A stretch of DNA of 63,535 nt, the filler included, from Globobulimina sp. (lineage: Eukaryota), in assembly GCA_003354225.1 (NCBI GenBank). It is 27 parts of 27 records of this genome, joined end to end, with 100 filler letters (N's around TTAATTAATTAA, not from the genome) between each part and the next. Parts side by side here need not be neighbours in the genome. Positions count along the whole stretch, not along the records: positions 11,793 to 14,050 come from PIVH01007833.1; positions 14,151 to 16,408 come from PIVH01007834.1; positions 16,509 to 18,766 come from PIVH01007835.1; positions 18,867 to 21,124 come from PIVH01007836.1; positions 21,225 to 23,482 come from PIVH01007837.1; positions 23,583 to 25,840 come from PIVH01007838.1; 21 more parts are not named here. One strand, 5' to 3'. Below the pieces are notes generated by a model. It was not told where the DNA came from. It saw only the letters and a list, made by a program, of their open reading frames with translations, and ran no database searches. This document shows positions 12,174 to 23,708 of the stretch, piece by piece (the first letter of the stretch is position 1; each line of letters starts with the position of its first letter). The position numbers and the translations under genes were made by a program.

Positions 12174-13190
12174 ATGGAGTTGCAAGACACTTTTGGAGGA
12201 GAACATTTTTGTTATGAAGATGACGACGAAAAAGCATCGTCTAACGTAGAAATTAAGGAAGATGATCACAATCTATATTATGACATTGAATACGAAGACA
12301 CTTTACAACAACAACTGTTGCATTTAATATTTAATTTCGATGATACAAATTGGATCGATGCGAGCACCAACGATATCAATCCTGTCTCGTATCATTACAG
12401 ATTTATAAGTTCAACATCGTATCAAATGCGAGCTCGTATGCTTTTTGAACATAAATTGGATGATAATATTAATGGCATATTCGATTATTATGATTATTTG
12501 GAAGCTGGCTATAACGACGATGATATGCAATGGATGCACAATAAATCCATAAATAAAATGGTAAAAATGTTCGATAATAACCATCAGTTAATGTACAATA
12601 AAGGAGCTTCTGGCTATTGGACTTATATTATATCGCAAAGGGATACATGTTATATCCGAACAAGATTTAAACGAAATTCTTTTCAATTTAAAGAAACAAG
12701 ATATGACATTGCAGGATCATTAAATTACAGCGCTAAACAGGATCATCTTTTTTATTATCCGTTAGATACAAAATGCATTCGGGTTGACATGAAATATCGA
12801 GGTTTTATATTGGTGCATAATAAAGAATTTCGGCGCACAGAATTATTTTACATCGCTTTCTTTGATATAAAGGGTTCTATTCCTAAATGGTTTCAGTCAT
12901 TGGGATTAAAGTCGATCGGCGCAAATTACATTAAACAATTTCATAAAACATGGATGGATAAAATGGAATGTTTGAGTGAAAGAAGAAAAAAGAAACAAAG
13001 ACAGCAATTGAAATCATGGTTGATTTGTAAGTGTAAATTGCCACAATATTTTGATATTTTTATCGATAATGGATTTGAAGATTTGTCTTATTTTATGAAT
13101 TTGGATTTGACTGAGAAAGATTTAATCGATATTGGCATAAAATTAAAAGGTCATCGATTAAAAATAATTTCAGAAATAGAAAAATTATAA
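12174..13190 (+). CDS. START-domain protein with C-terminal SAM domain
   Basis: START-like motifs IISQRDTCYIR, CIRVD...GFIL and TELFYIAFFDIKGSIPKW. SAM motif LKSWL...LPQYFDIFIDNGFEDL...LTEKDLIDIGIKLKGHRLKII. Confidence 0.85.
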   Translation: MELQDTFGGEHFCYEDDDEKASSNVEIKEDDHNLYYDIEYEDTLQQQLLHLIFNFDDTNWIDASTNDINPVSYHYRFISSTSYQMRARMLFEHKLDDNINGIFDYYDYLEAGYNDDDMQWMHNKSINKMVKMFDNNHQLMYNKGASGYWTYIISQRDTCYIRTRFKRNSFQFKETRYDIAGSLNYSAKQDHLFYYPLDTKCIRVDMKYRGFILVHNKEFRRTELFYIAFFDIKGSIPKWFQSLGLKSIGANYIKQFHKTWMDKMECLSERRKKKQRQQLKSWLICKCKLPQYFDIFIDNGFEDLSYFMNLDLTEKDLIDIGIKLKGHRLKIISEIEKL

Positions 13191-13300
13191 TTATATAGCG
13201 GTAACATTCACTCACCGCAGATACAAGATTTTTATATAAGAATTTGTGTGAATGTTGTGTTGCTAAAAAATTATCATTTATCAAAACCAAATAATTTTAG

Positions 13301-13900
13301 TCATTGCAGCGTGAAATAACAACGTGGCCGATTACATGCTTCTAATACCTTAATAATATCACCATTCATAATTAATTCAAATGTTTTATCACATTCACTT
13401 GCTTTGGACCATGGCCTCAATCCAATTATCATCGTAAATAATACAACTCCAACACACCAAATATCATTTTTCTTCGCATCAAACGTTTGTTTACAAATAA
13501 TTTCTGGTGATTTATATTCTAATTTACCACAATATTTATTACAGCGATAACCGTTTCCCTTTTCAAATAATTGGGATAAGCCAAAATCAATCAATTTGAT
13601 CTGTATATTATCGCATACAAACTGTACTTTTGAATCTTTAATTGCACTCTTTTGAATGCATTGTATTTCAACGCCACATCATTAATAACATAATTTTCAA
13701 CTGAAATATCGAAATGACAAATATTTTTTGAATGTATAAATTCAATGCATTCAACCATTTGTTTAAAGATATTTTTTGCGGCTTTATGCCATTCACAAAT
13801 ATCGATATGTCCGATCAATATAAGATTATGTACCTTTTGTATAAAATTAAGTAAATTATCACCACTATCTTTTATAATTAGGTAATAATTTGTATTGCTA
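13301..13900 (-). pseudogene. Ser/Thr protein kinase (HxDISxEN catalytic-loop type), frameshifted near 13670
   Basis: Motifs ICHFDISVEN, IQIKLIDFGLS, CGKLEYKSPE and DIWCVGVVLF. The frame changes between ENYVINDV and VEIQ...KVQFVCDNIQIKLIDFG with no intron needed, and the C-lobe ends prematurely. Confidence 0.7.
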
Positions 13901-14150
13901 TATATATTACAAATAATCATTCTGAAAAACATAATATAAATATAGAAAAAGAGACGACTGTTTTTGCAAATAACATAAAATTACTTACCATTCCAAAAAA
14001 CCGCAATACATCGTAGCATACTAACCACTTCTGATCACTTTATATTGGTCNNNNNNNNNNNNNNNNNNNNNNNNNNNNNNNNNNNNNNNNNNNNTTAATT
14101 AATTAANNNNNNNNNNNNNNNNNNNNNNNNNNNNNNNNNNNNNNNNNNNN

Positions 14151-15552
14151 AATTGGTATTTGGGGCGCGAACTCGCATTGGAGTGCCGTGTTGAACGTCA
14201 TCATCGGCACACTGCGGAATATCCTCATTAAATACACGAAGGGCATCCACAAATACCATAGCCTGCAAACAGAGGAGCCATACTTAGAAATATTACGCCA
14301 AATCGAAAACGCTGCTAATAAGCCACTTAAAAAAAAGAAGGAGTCAACCGAATAGGTGGCGTATTGAAGGAATATAGTATAAAAATGTTGCACTAAGTAT
14401 TTAAAACCAGTGCTATGTTCAGGCAGTACGTTATCGCTGCCACCACCTTCTACCATTATTTGCAAACCGTTAAAGGTTAATATATTTGAAGCGCCAGCTA
14501 ACCAAAATGCGAGATATGAATGTCCCAAAATAACCCATGTCATGCTCCATACACGTATACCATCTAAAAAATTCAACGACGGATTTGATCGCAAACCAAC
14601 AAATGAGGAATATACTGATTCGATGTTGAAGGATACAATAAATACATTATCGATAACTGATTGTAATTCTTGAAAATATCTATAAATTAAACTCGCCACA
14701 ACCACAAAAAATAAAAATATAAAAAATAATGTAAGCACAAAGCACGGACCAAATTTATCCAAATTCCGAGGGATTGGCTCGCAAATATTTGTCACATTTG
14801 TATCCAAACTAACTCTCATTCGTTCTGCATATACTTTGTAACACCAATTATTATTTGTTAATATTTTCAGTGCGTCATCGCCAACACAGCTTCCTGGTAT
14901 ACAGCCTATATTTGTTTAAATTGCGTATATAAATAGTTATAAAAATTAAAGAAAAAGCTATAACGAAACAGGCGTGCTGCCACATTGGATAATTTCCAAC
15001 CACTGCAGGCGTATAACAATAATTACCGCCCCAAAAAGCGCACATATCTTCATTCCCGTCGTCACCATATGACAAAGGCCCCGCTGATATGGAATAAAAG
15101 CCAGTCATTCTCGTCAATTGTTGTTTTGAGAAGGAATCGTTTGCGGCGATCAAGGATATCCACGTCAACACATTATTATAATAGAAGCAATCCGCAGCAC
15201 ATTCTTCCGATTCTAATTTTAATGACTCACACTTTTCTTTTGCATACTTTTCATAAATCTCAAAGATCCTTTCCCACTTTGTACCATTTATGCAATCCGG
15301 CAAACTGCCATTTCTTGCCATATATGATGATGCATCAAACATATCCATTACACTCGAAAAGGAATCTGCTACGGTCTCATCAAACAGTTCTAAATCATCC
15401 GCAGATAAATAACCAAATACTTTTTGAAGCGCATATCTTGCTGTTTCTGCGTTGGATGTATCAATTAATGGTTGGCTAAACACCATATACGATAATAAAA
15501 TATATGCCACAACACAATGCATCATACATTTTGCCTTTTCAGCAAAAGCCAT
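14151..15552 (-). CDS. NRF-6 / acyltransferase-3 family membrane O-acyltransferase; intron 14906-14969; 3' truncated
   Basis: Signal peptide and Cys-containing NRF region (spliced HACCIPGSC), then LNFLDGIRVWSMTWVILGHSY, SVDSFFFLSGLL and R.FR..P. Confidence 0.88.
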
Positions 15553-15631
15553 TATTATCGCCTACTGTATATGACTTAGTTCAGTAAAAAATTTTACTCT
15601 GAGGTTTTGCCAAAAAAAAAAGAGTGAAATC

Positions 15632-16408
15632 ATGTCAACGGATGAAGATGACGAGATGACTGATATCGCCCCAAAATCAGGTAAATTTATAGATTGGAGC
15701 AAGTTTAAAAGATTATTTTTGTTTAATAAACGTGTTTGGAAATATATGATATTATATGCTGTGATATATTTTTCATTTCGCAAATACTGTGCACCGTGGT
15801 TTGATAACAAAAAAGTTGCAGCATCGCTCGGTACAATAGATAGAGACGAAATGATTATTGAAAATCTCGTCGGCCATGATTCGCATAAAGTAGCTACGAA
15901 CATGGCCATTTTAGCTGATTCCATCGCTCATTTATATTTAGTATCGGGATCGAAATATCGTAATGCTACAACTCAACAATTAGTAAATTCCATTACTAAT
16001 AAATATAAAAATGATGAGACAGATAATCATATATTGGATGTTCATGTTTCTGTTTGGGTATTTTTATTGTTCTTAGATATGTTGTATTGTATTAAAAAAA
16101 AAAATTTTAGCAAAGATGACGCTTTGTGGTGTTGTCATCATTCATGCGGATTAATAACATCAGCAATTCTTAAATATAAAGAAAAAGGCGGATTATTTTG
16201 GTGTTGGGTCGGTTTTTGGAGTGAAGGTATTGCGGTTTTAATGTTGCTTGGTTCTATCACAAGAACCTTTTATCAGAAACAAAGACCGGATCTAGTTTGG
16301 ATCAGAAATTTTAGTGATGTGACATTTGCAATGAGCATAATTGGTTTTGTGTATGCGCGAATATATTTATTTACCAAAGTATCATATGGGTTTACTACAA
16401 CTTGGTGT
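15632..16408 (+). CDS. TLC (TRAM/LAG1/CLN8) domain membrane protein; 3' truncated
   Basis: Multi-TM protein with FLFLDM, HH motif (CCHHSCG), SE motif and F...RIYLF. Confidence 0.65.
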
Positions 16409-16729
16409 NNNNNNNNNNNNNNNNNNNNNNNNNNNNNNNNNNNNNNNNNNNNTTAATTAATTAANNNNNNNNNNNNNNNNNNNNNNNNNNNNNNNNNNNN
16501 NNNNNNNNCAGATAATCTTTGCACCTGCAAAAAGATTAGCAGCCATATATTATCCATCCAAATGCCAACTACAAAAAGTAAAAAATACCCTAAACACAAT
16601 AATAAACATAGAAAATAAAATAGAAAACTCCATACAATATAAATTAACTTATATAAAAAAACCACTCAAACCACTTAACCCAATAATTTCTAAAATACGA
16701 CAATACAAAAGCTATTCTTATGATACCGA

Positions 16730-18766
16730 CAAAATAAGGAAATTAGAAAAATTCCTAAAAAATCATAATTTCTGCCAAAATAACCCCAAACTAGCAAATA
16801 AACATACAGGAAAACATTCCATAACCTGGGAACTACCTGAACAAAAAAACCACAATGAAATGATACAAAAATGGAAACAAACAAATATACAACTTAAAAT
16901 TAAAACCTCTAACTATAATCAACATATAGAAACAGCCCAAAATGAAGCCACTGAAGCACTAGAACAAAGTGTTAAAAATGCCATATATAATATTAAAAAT
17001 ATCAAACCAGAAATTTGGAAAAAAACAAAATGTAGACTAAATGAACTAATAAGTAAATATACCACCCTCCCAACCACACAACAAAAAGAGGAAAATATTT
17101 CCAGATTTCCAATGAACCAATTTTATGATACTGAAACCAATACCATCACTTCAAAAATAATCAAAACCCCCCTACATACAATGGCCACCTTCAACATTGG
17201 AGGCGGAGCAAAAAACAAACTAACAAACCAACACCCCTACATTAACCACATAATAACAACACACAAACCTGACATTTTAGCAATAACAGACGCACGTTGC
17301 ACCACACGACCAACTTGGTCCATACCAGGATACAAAAATGTTGCATTTAAAAAACCAATACCAAATGGAAAAAATATTGGAGGAATTTTGATCTTCACAA
17401 AAAGAACACTCAAAGAACAAATCCAACCTAAAACCCGCCAAGACCCAGAAAATGAAACCCTCTGGTTCAATCTAGGAAAAATCACATACTGTATAACATA
17501 CTGTAGACCACCAAATTCAGAAATAAATAGACAAAGAACCAAAAATTTCTTTAACAAACTAACATTGGATATAAACCAGCACACCAAGCGAAACAACAAT
17601 CCGATAATCATAGCAGGAGACTTAAATGCAAGATGCGGCGCAGAATACAATGAACCAAAAGGTCAATTAAATTTAAATGGCAAATTACTCCTAAAAATGC
17701 TAGAAAAAACAAAATTACAATTAGCAACCCCTATGTTTGCACCAGGTATTCCAACCTACACTGACTCCAAAGGAGGCTGCTCACAGATTGACCATATACT
17801 TAGTTATAAACCAACTATAGAAATACAAGACATAAATATTGATACCCACCCAATGTTCCGAGGTGACCACTCACCAATCATACTTACACTAAAAAAAGAA
17901 CACACTACTATACTAGAGGACTTTTTTACCTTTGACTTCCGTAACTCTCCACTAGAAAATACCGAAATTGAATGCAAAACATTAATAAATAAATACTATA
18001 AACAAATCAAAGCCCTACATACCCAACTTATCCCCTTAATAACAACACAAACAGATAAAGAAATAGTCTCTAAAATCATTACTACCTTAATAATATACAC
18101 ACTACACAAAGCAGCAATTATACGATTTGGCCTCAAAAAAGTTGATAACTCGAATCCCTGGTCACCAACAAATATTGACCTAATCGATATAAATACAAGA
18201 ATATCCATCTTAACAAAACATACCGAAGACAACTACAATGAAATAAAAAAACTCAAAAAGAAATTAAATTTAGTAAATATACAAAGAAATAAAATAAAAA
18301 TACAACAAAATACAGAAAAACTATGCCAAGAAAATCTTAGTGATAACACCCATGCAATAGCCAATCTCTTCAGCCAGCGAGAACAACGTCCACTAGCTGA
18401 ATTTCTAACAGAAAATAATCAGCAAATACCATTTAGTGAAGCAATGAGAATACACTACAATCAAATATATAGTGAAATTATACCATCCAGTGACCAGCAT
18501 ATGCAAAAACAAGCAACAGAATACTATAATCAATTAAAAACCCACACAGCACCAACATTAAAAATACATACCCCCATTATAAATGAAGAAAAAAAAGAAG
18601 ACTATGAAAACAGTATCAGCATGCCACCCACAATTATTAATACCACTGATGAAATGGAACCAGAAATAGAAGACATAACCCTACCATCAACAGTTGAAAG
18701 TGCACTCAAACTAACCAATGCAAATGGAGCAGCAGGATATGACCGACTAACACAACCAATCTTAGC
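16730..18766 (+). mobile_element. Non-LTR retrotransposon polyprotein: N-terminal region + APE endonuclease + start of RT
   Basis: Motifs TFNIGG, PDILAITDA, GGILIF, YCRPP, IIIAGDLNA, PTY, SQIDHIL and GDHSPI. It ends in the RT domain-0-like GAAGYDRL. Extreme A+C strand skew. Confidence 0.9.
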
Positions 18767-20117
18767 NNNNNNNNNNNNNNNNNNNNNNNNNNNNNNNNNN
18801 NNNNNNNNNNTTAATTAATTAANNNNNNNNNNNNNNNNNNNNNNNNNNNNNNNNNNNNNNNNNNNNTTATTTAAAAGCCATATTAAGGAGAAACTGAAAC
18901 TGGCTCTATCCAAATTGTAAACCAATTTTGGAGTTGTTCACCATGTATATATGTAAACAGTACAAGTGCTGCACCTAAGGACTCTGTTCACTCACAAAGT
19001 AGATATTATTGATTATGAATAACACAGACTTTGACACAGACAAAACAATGAAATAAATACTTTTACCATCACTTGAGACAGTCCCTCATCTGATCAAAAC
19101 ATAAAAAACATTGCATGATTGCTTTTATCAGCAATTACAAAAAATTAAAAGAAAATATCAGAACTCATCGAAATATAAATTCATCAAATTACTCAGTATA
19201 TAGTAAGGCGAATTATATGCTTTATCATCATTTTATATACTCATTACTTAGAAAAAACCATTACCTGTTAATTACATCGTAATTAATTTCCAGATCTTTC
19301 TCATTCAAATCACCTCATTATATGTGTACGTTACTTGTTTCATTCGATTGTAATTTTAATAATTCTATGTATCACAAAACAAAAAAAAAATTGTGAACTG
19401 TATAATTAAACATTCAGCAAAAAAAGAATTGTATAACAAAATGCGATTTGTTCAGTAAAAACGAGTTATTCCTCATGCACCAATCAGATAATAACAGGTC
19501 TGTTTTTTTGCTTGTCATCAATTGCAATAAAATATTCCTTTTATAGTAACATACCTTTTATAGTGACGTCACATGGATTGATTCGAGTATTTGCTGTGTA
19601 ATAAAATGTATTGTTAGCGACTAACATCGATATCATTTAGCATTGACACTTAATTGTTATGTTTGTTCAAAAAAACTTTGAATACATTAAATTAAATGAA
19701 TGTATCATTGCAAACTGTTTCAAAAGGAAACATAAAAAAGATTTGGATGCTTAATTAGCCAACAAAGGTAATATAGCATTCATATGAAAGAAAGAACATT
19801 TATATCAGAATAAAAGAAAATGATTTTCTGATCAAATGAATGCGGCATAAAAATGTATTAAATGAAAATGAATAGTTAACTGTGTGGACGTTGGTTTTGC
19901 TGTTGCTGTTGTTAGATCATTTGCAAATTATTTCCTTTGTTTTGCAAATTATTTCCTCGATAAAGACTTATTTTTAATTTGTGATTTCTAATGCTGCCAT
20001 GGTAACGTGCTGCAAATAAAAAAGAAAAATTGAGCTCGAGAGTGTAACTTTCTTCACAAAAACCAAAACAAAAACAAAACATCTCATTCAAACGTAAACG
20101 CCGCCCTACCAGCCATC

Positions 20118-21124
20118 ATGACGTGGACATTGTTGCCAATTGTCTTTTTCTGTACTTTGCATTTAAATGCAGCCAAGCTCATGAACGTCAAAGTCACCAT
20201 CCCCATGAAAGATATACATACCTTATTCGACGATGGTGAGATCTGGGGCATGGAATTTAACAATGTGACGCGAGATATGGTGCAAGTCGAGGTGGTCATC
20301 GATGAAGCCAAATCCCTGAAAATCTTGCAATATCCAACGGTAATGGGCTTCGAGACGATTCATCCCGACGCAGAAGCTGCCATTCATAAAACCGCGCAAC
20401 GATTAAGGAACCGCACCCCTTGGACCTCGCAGATGGAGCCGGATACCTTTTTCCTAGATTACAGAGACTGGCCTGAATACGAAGCGTTCATCGGCGATTT
20501 TCCAGACCGTTTCCCGACCCTCGCAAGCGTCGATTATCTCCCTGGCGAAACCATCCAAGGGCGGGAGATCCCGGTGGTGACATTGTCGACGAGCAGTGGC
20601 GAGAAGCCAGGCTTTTATCTCCAAGCGAGCTTACATGCGAGGGAGTGGATTGCCAACAGCGCATTGACGTACATCTTGAATGCATTAGCAGAGGGCTACG
20701 GAGTGGACGACCGCATCACTGAGATCTTAGAAGGGGTGAATTTTTATATTGTGCCCACGGTGAACGTCGACGGTTATATCTATACCTGGGCCGCAGACCG
20801 AATGTGGCGCAAAAACCGGCGCGCAAACAGTGGCGGCTCCTTTGGCGTGGACTTGAACCGCAATTATGGCGCTCCGACAGGAACGTGGTGCGGGCCCGGC
20901 GCGTCCAGCAACCCTACGAGCAATACGTATTGCGGCACCTCGGCGTACAGCGAGCCAGAGACGCAAGCGAGCCGCGACTTTATGCGCAACGACAGTTACA
21001 ATATCCAGGCTGCGTGGGATATGCATACGAGCGGGCCAATGATATTGCATCCTTATGGCTATACACATGATCACATTTCGGATCCGGCGATGCAGGAATT
21101 TTATGTCGATTTAGGTGCCAATTT
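20118..21124 (+). CDS. Secreted zinc carboxypeptidase (M14A); 3' truncated
   Basis: Signal peptide and prodomain, then LHAREW, VPTVNVDGY, RMWRKNRR, GVDLNRNY, YCG..AYSEPET and DMHT. Confidence 0.95.
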
Positions 21125-21364
21125 NNNNNNNNNNNNNNNNNNNNNNNNNNNNNNNNNNNNNNNNNNNNTTAATTAATTAANNNNNNNNNNNNNNNNNNNN
21201 NNNNNNNNNNNNNNNNNNNNNNNNTTCTTTACCCTACTGATTTAACCGATATATATAAAGTAGAACAGCAATACGAAAAAGCAAAAAAACTGGATTATCC
21301 AACTACTTATAAAATTGTTAAAGAACGAGGAATAGGGAATGCAAGTGAACATGATTATAATATT

Positions 21365-23482
21365 GTGATAAATTGGGGCAAAATTAAGGAGGAAGAGCCG
21401 CCCAAAACCATTAAAGCATTGTGTGTCATGTTTAGACGCGATGGCGATGACAATAATGTAGGCAGCACCACTTTTGATCAGCTGATCAGTGGTTTGGGCT
21501 TTTATTTTTTTAGTGAGATCTGGCGATATCAAGGCTGCGTAATCTCGCGCTCGTTGCGTAAAAACCGTGCCTTTCAAAAGACGGTTTTGTTTAAGAATAT
21601 ATTTGAAAATGTTGAGTTGATTGAGATGGAATCAGACGAACATAAATCATCGTTTCAGGAGAGAATGTCCGGTGCAATGCACAAGATATTTGATGATAAC
21701 ATCTTTAATTTGTTAAAAGAGGATGGGCATAGTTTACGTAGTTTGACTGCTTCTGCATTTACGCTGCGAAAGTTACAGAAAACCATTGGAAATACCATTA
21801 GGCGGTTCAAAACCACACAGATTGGGAATATTGATGAGCACATTGAGGAAAAGGAAACGTATTTGTCGGATAAAAACAAAAGAAAACGAGGCTCGCAGTT
21901 AAATTTAGATAAGAATAGATTTATTATAATATCCACCGCCATTTATGAATGTTTGCATCAAAAAAAGAAAATCCCCACCGATTTATCCTTGGATAAGCAC
22001 GAATTTGTCCACGTGGTTGGCTCTATTTTTAATTTCTCGTTTTTGTACTGTGGGAAAGCCGATACGCGCAGATTAGAATCGTGGATCAACAGTTCCTCTC
22101 AACTTGCGATTCCGGCACAAAATACGCGTGGACGCATATTGTTGCATCAATTATTAAATAACAGCAGCGGTGACTCGCAATTGAGGCTAAAAGCGGGCAA
22201 ATCTAAGGCACCGCCTTTGGAGCATGTACAACGCATTCGGTTGGCATGGCACTTGTTTGGTGTCGCTATGTCCATTATGAAAACCAATCAGTTCCGAAAG
22301 TTGATTGAAACTCCAAGTTACTATCAAAACGGATATTTAATTGGTATGCCCGAACCATCAGATATACAGTTATTAAAAGCCTCGGTTGGACAATATTTAT
22401 TTATCAATAAATCCACAAAGGAGAAATATTTTGTGCAACATCATCAGAAACAAGCTGAGATTATGCGTGGCAATGAATGTGTTGGTAAAATCAATGAAAA
22501 TGGCGATATTATGCCTAATACAGATAGCATTGACATTGATTCTGGCGACAGCCAACCGGATCGATTTGATATGTATCAGCCGGTAATACCGCGAGAATAT
22601 CAATCGTTGGGCTATATATTAATCGATATCAAACAAACTGAAGATGCCACTCGCAACTTATCTGAAATTGGCGTGTATATTTTACGCTGTTTGATCGAAT
22701 GTTGTTTGTGGTTACATCAATCGCAACAGCATAATGAAGTGAATATGGATTTGATTAAATTTATCGGTTTCCCCAAACGCATATTGTCGACTGAAATTTC
22801 GCGCAAAATCCAGAAAAAAATTGCAAAATATATCTCCAAATTGCAGCATTGTTTGGGTCGGTCGCATGAGGATATATTGTATGTGTTACATGCGGTGATT
22901 CACAGATTATATTTAGAATATAATATGGAGTATCCATTAGGAGATGGCGCCAGAAAAGACGCCAAAACTCGTAGGAAATTTGAATCATTTTTTATGGCTC
23001 TATGCGTGGAGCCAGTCATTCAGAATTTAGATATGTCCATCAACAGTGTTCGTAGCGTGGTTTCTGAGGATCGATTCAAGAAATATTGGTCGAAACGCAT
23101 TGATATGGGATTTAAGAAAAATAATTCCGAGGATGAAAAAGAAAAAAATGAATTCATTCGCACCTATAATGCGCACTTATTTCTACCTTTTCGCCATATC
23201 ACAATCAGTAATTTCAGGGCGTATATTTTGAAAAAGGGCAATATTGAAAAACAACCGGCTTTATTTGGCATTATAGACACGATGGATTGTGTGGGGAATT
23301 CCATTTATTTGACGCAGAATATCGCAGATATTGTGATTTGGATGAAATTGGTTCGAAAGCGGTTAAATGGGCGAATATCGCGCAAAGAAATTGAAGAAAA
23401 GAATGAATTTGGCGAATATATTTATACCGCACAATGGCTATTAAACAAATGCAAAGAGGAGAACTTGGGCGATGCGGTGCTG
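21365..23482 (+). CDS. RNF213/mysterin-like protein, C-terminal E3 region (internal fragment)
   Basis: Ordered motifs resemble the RNF213 C-terminus as recalled: P...NGYLIGMPE (AFLPTMPED), LGYIL...RNLSEIGVYILRCL (GHVLG...RGLPPVVFLLIRLL), RRKFESFF...VEPVIQNL (RNNWEKEI...ISPELEHL) and IADIVIWMKLV (LPEILALQRDL). Confidence 0.65.
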
Positions 23483-23597
23483 NNNNNNNNNNNNNNNNNN
23501 NNNNNNNNNNNNNNNNNNNNNNNNNNTTAATTAATTAANNNNNNNNNNNNNNNNNNNNNNNNNNNNNNNNNNNNNNNNNNNNTTTTCGCCCATCGCT

Positions 23598-23659
23598 GCG
23601 GATACACACCATCCGTAAGCTTTTGGGGCTATAAACATCAACGGATGGTGTGTATCCGC
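23598..23659. repeat. Perfect 19-bp inverted repeat with 24-nt loop
   Basis: GCGGATACACACCATCCGT (23598-23616) / ACGGATGGTGTGTATCCGC (23641-23659). Confidence 0.95.
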
Positions 23660-23708
23660 TCTATGTCCCCAATTTTGGGATGATTTAAATTTTCCAAAAG
23701 CCTTAACG

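Noticed and set aside
13604-13630. Tiny GT-AG intron in the kinase
   Set aside because: The segment reads through as KVQFVCDNIQIKLIDFG; a frameshift upstream explains the ORF break better.
18867-20040. Hidden gene or RNA in the long AT-rich stretch
   Set aside because: Only short direct duplications (e.g. TTTGCAAATTATTTCCT x2) are visible; no ORF or convincing structure.
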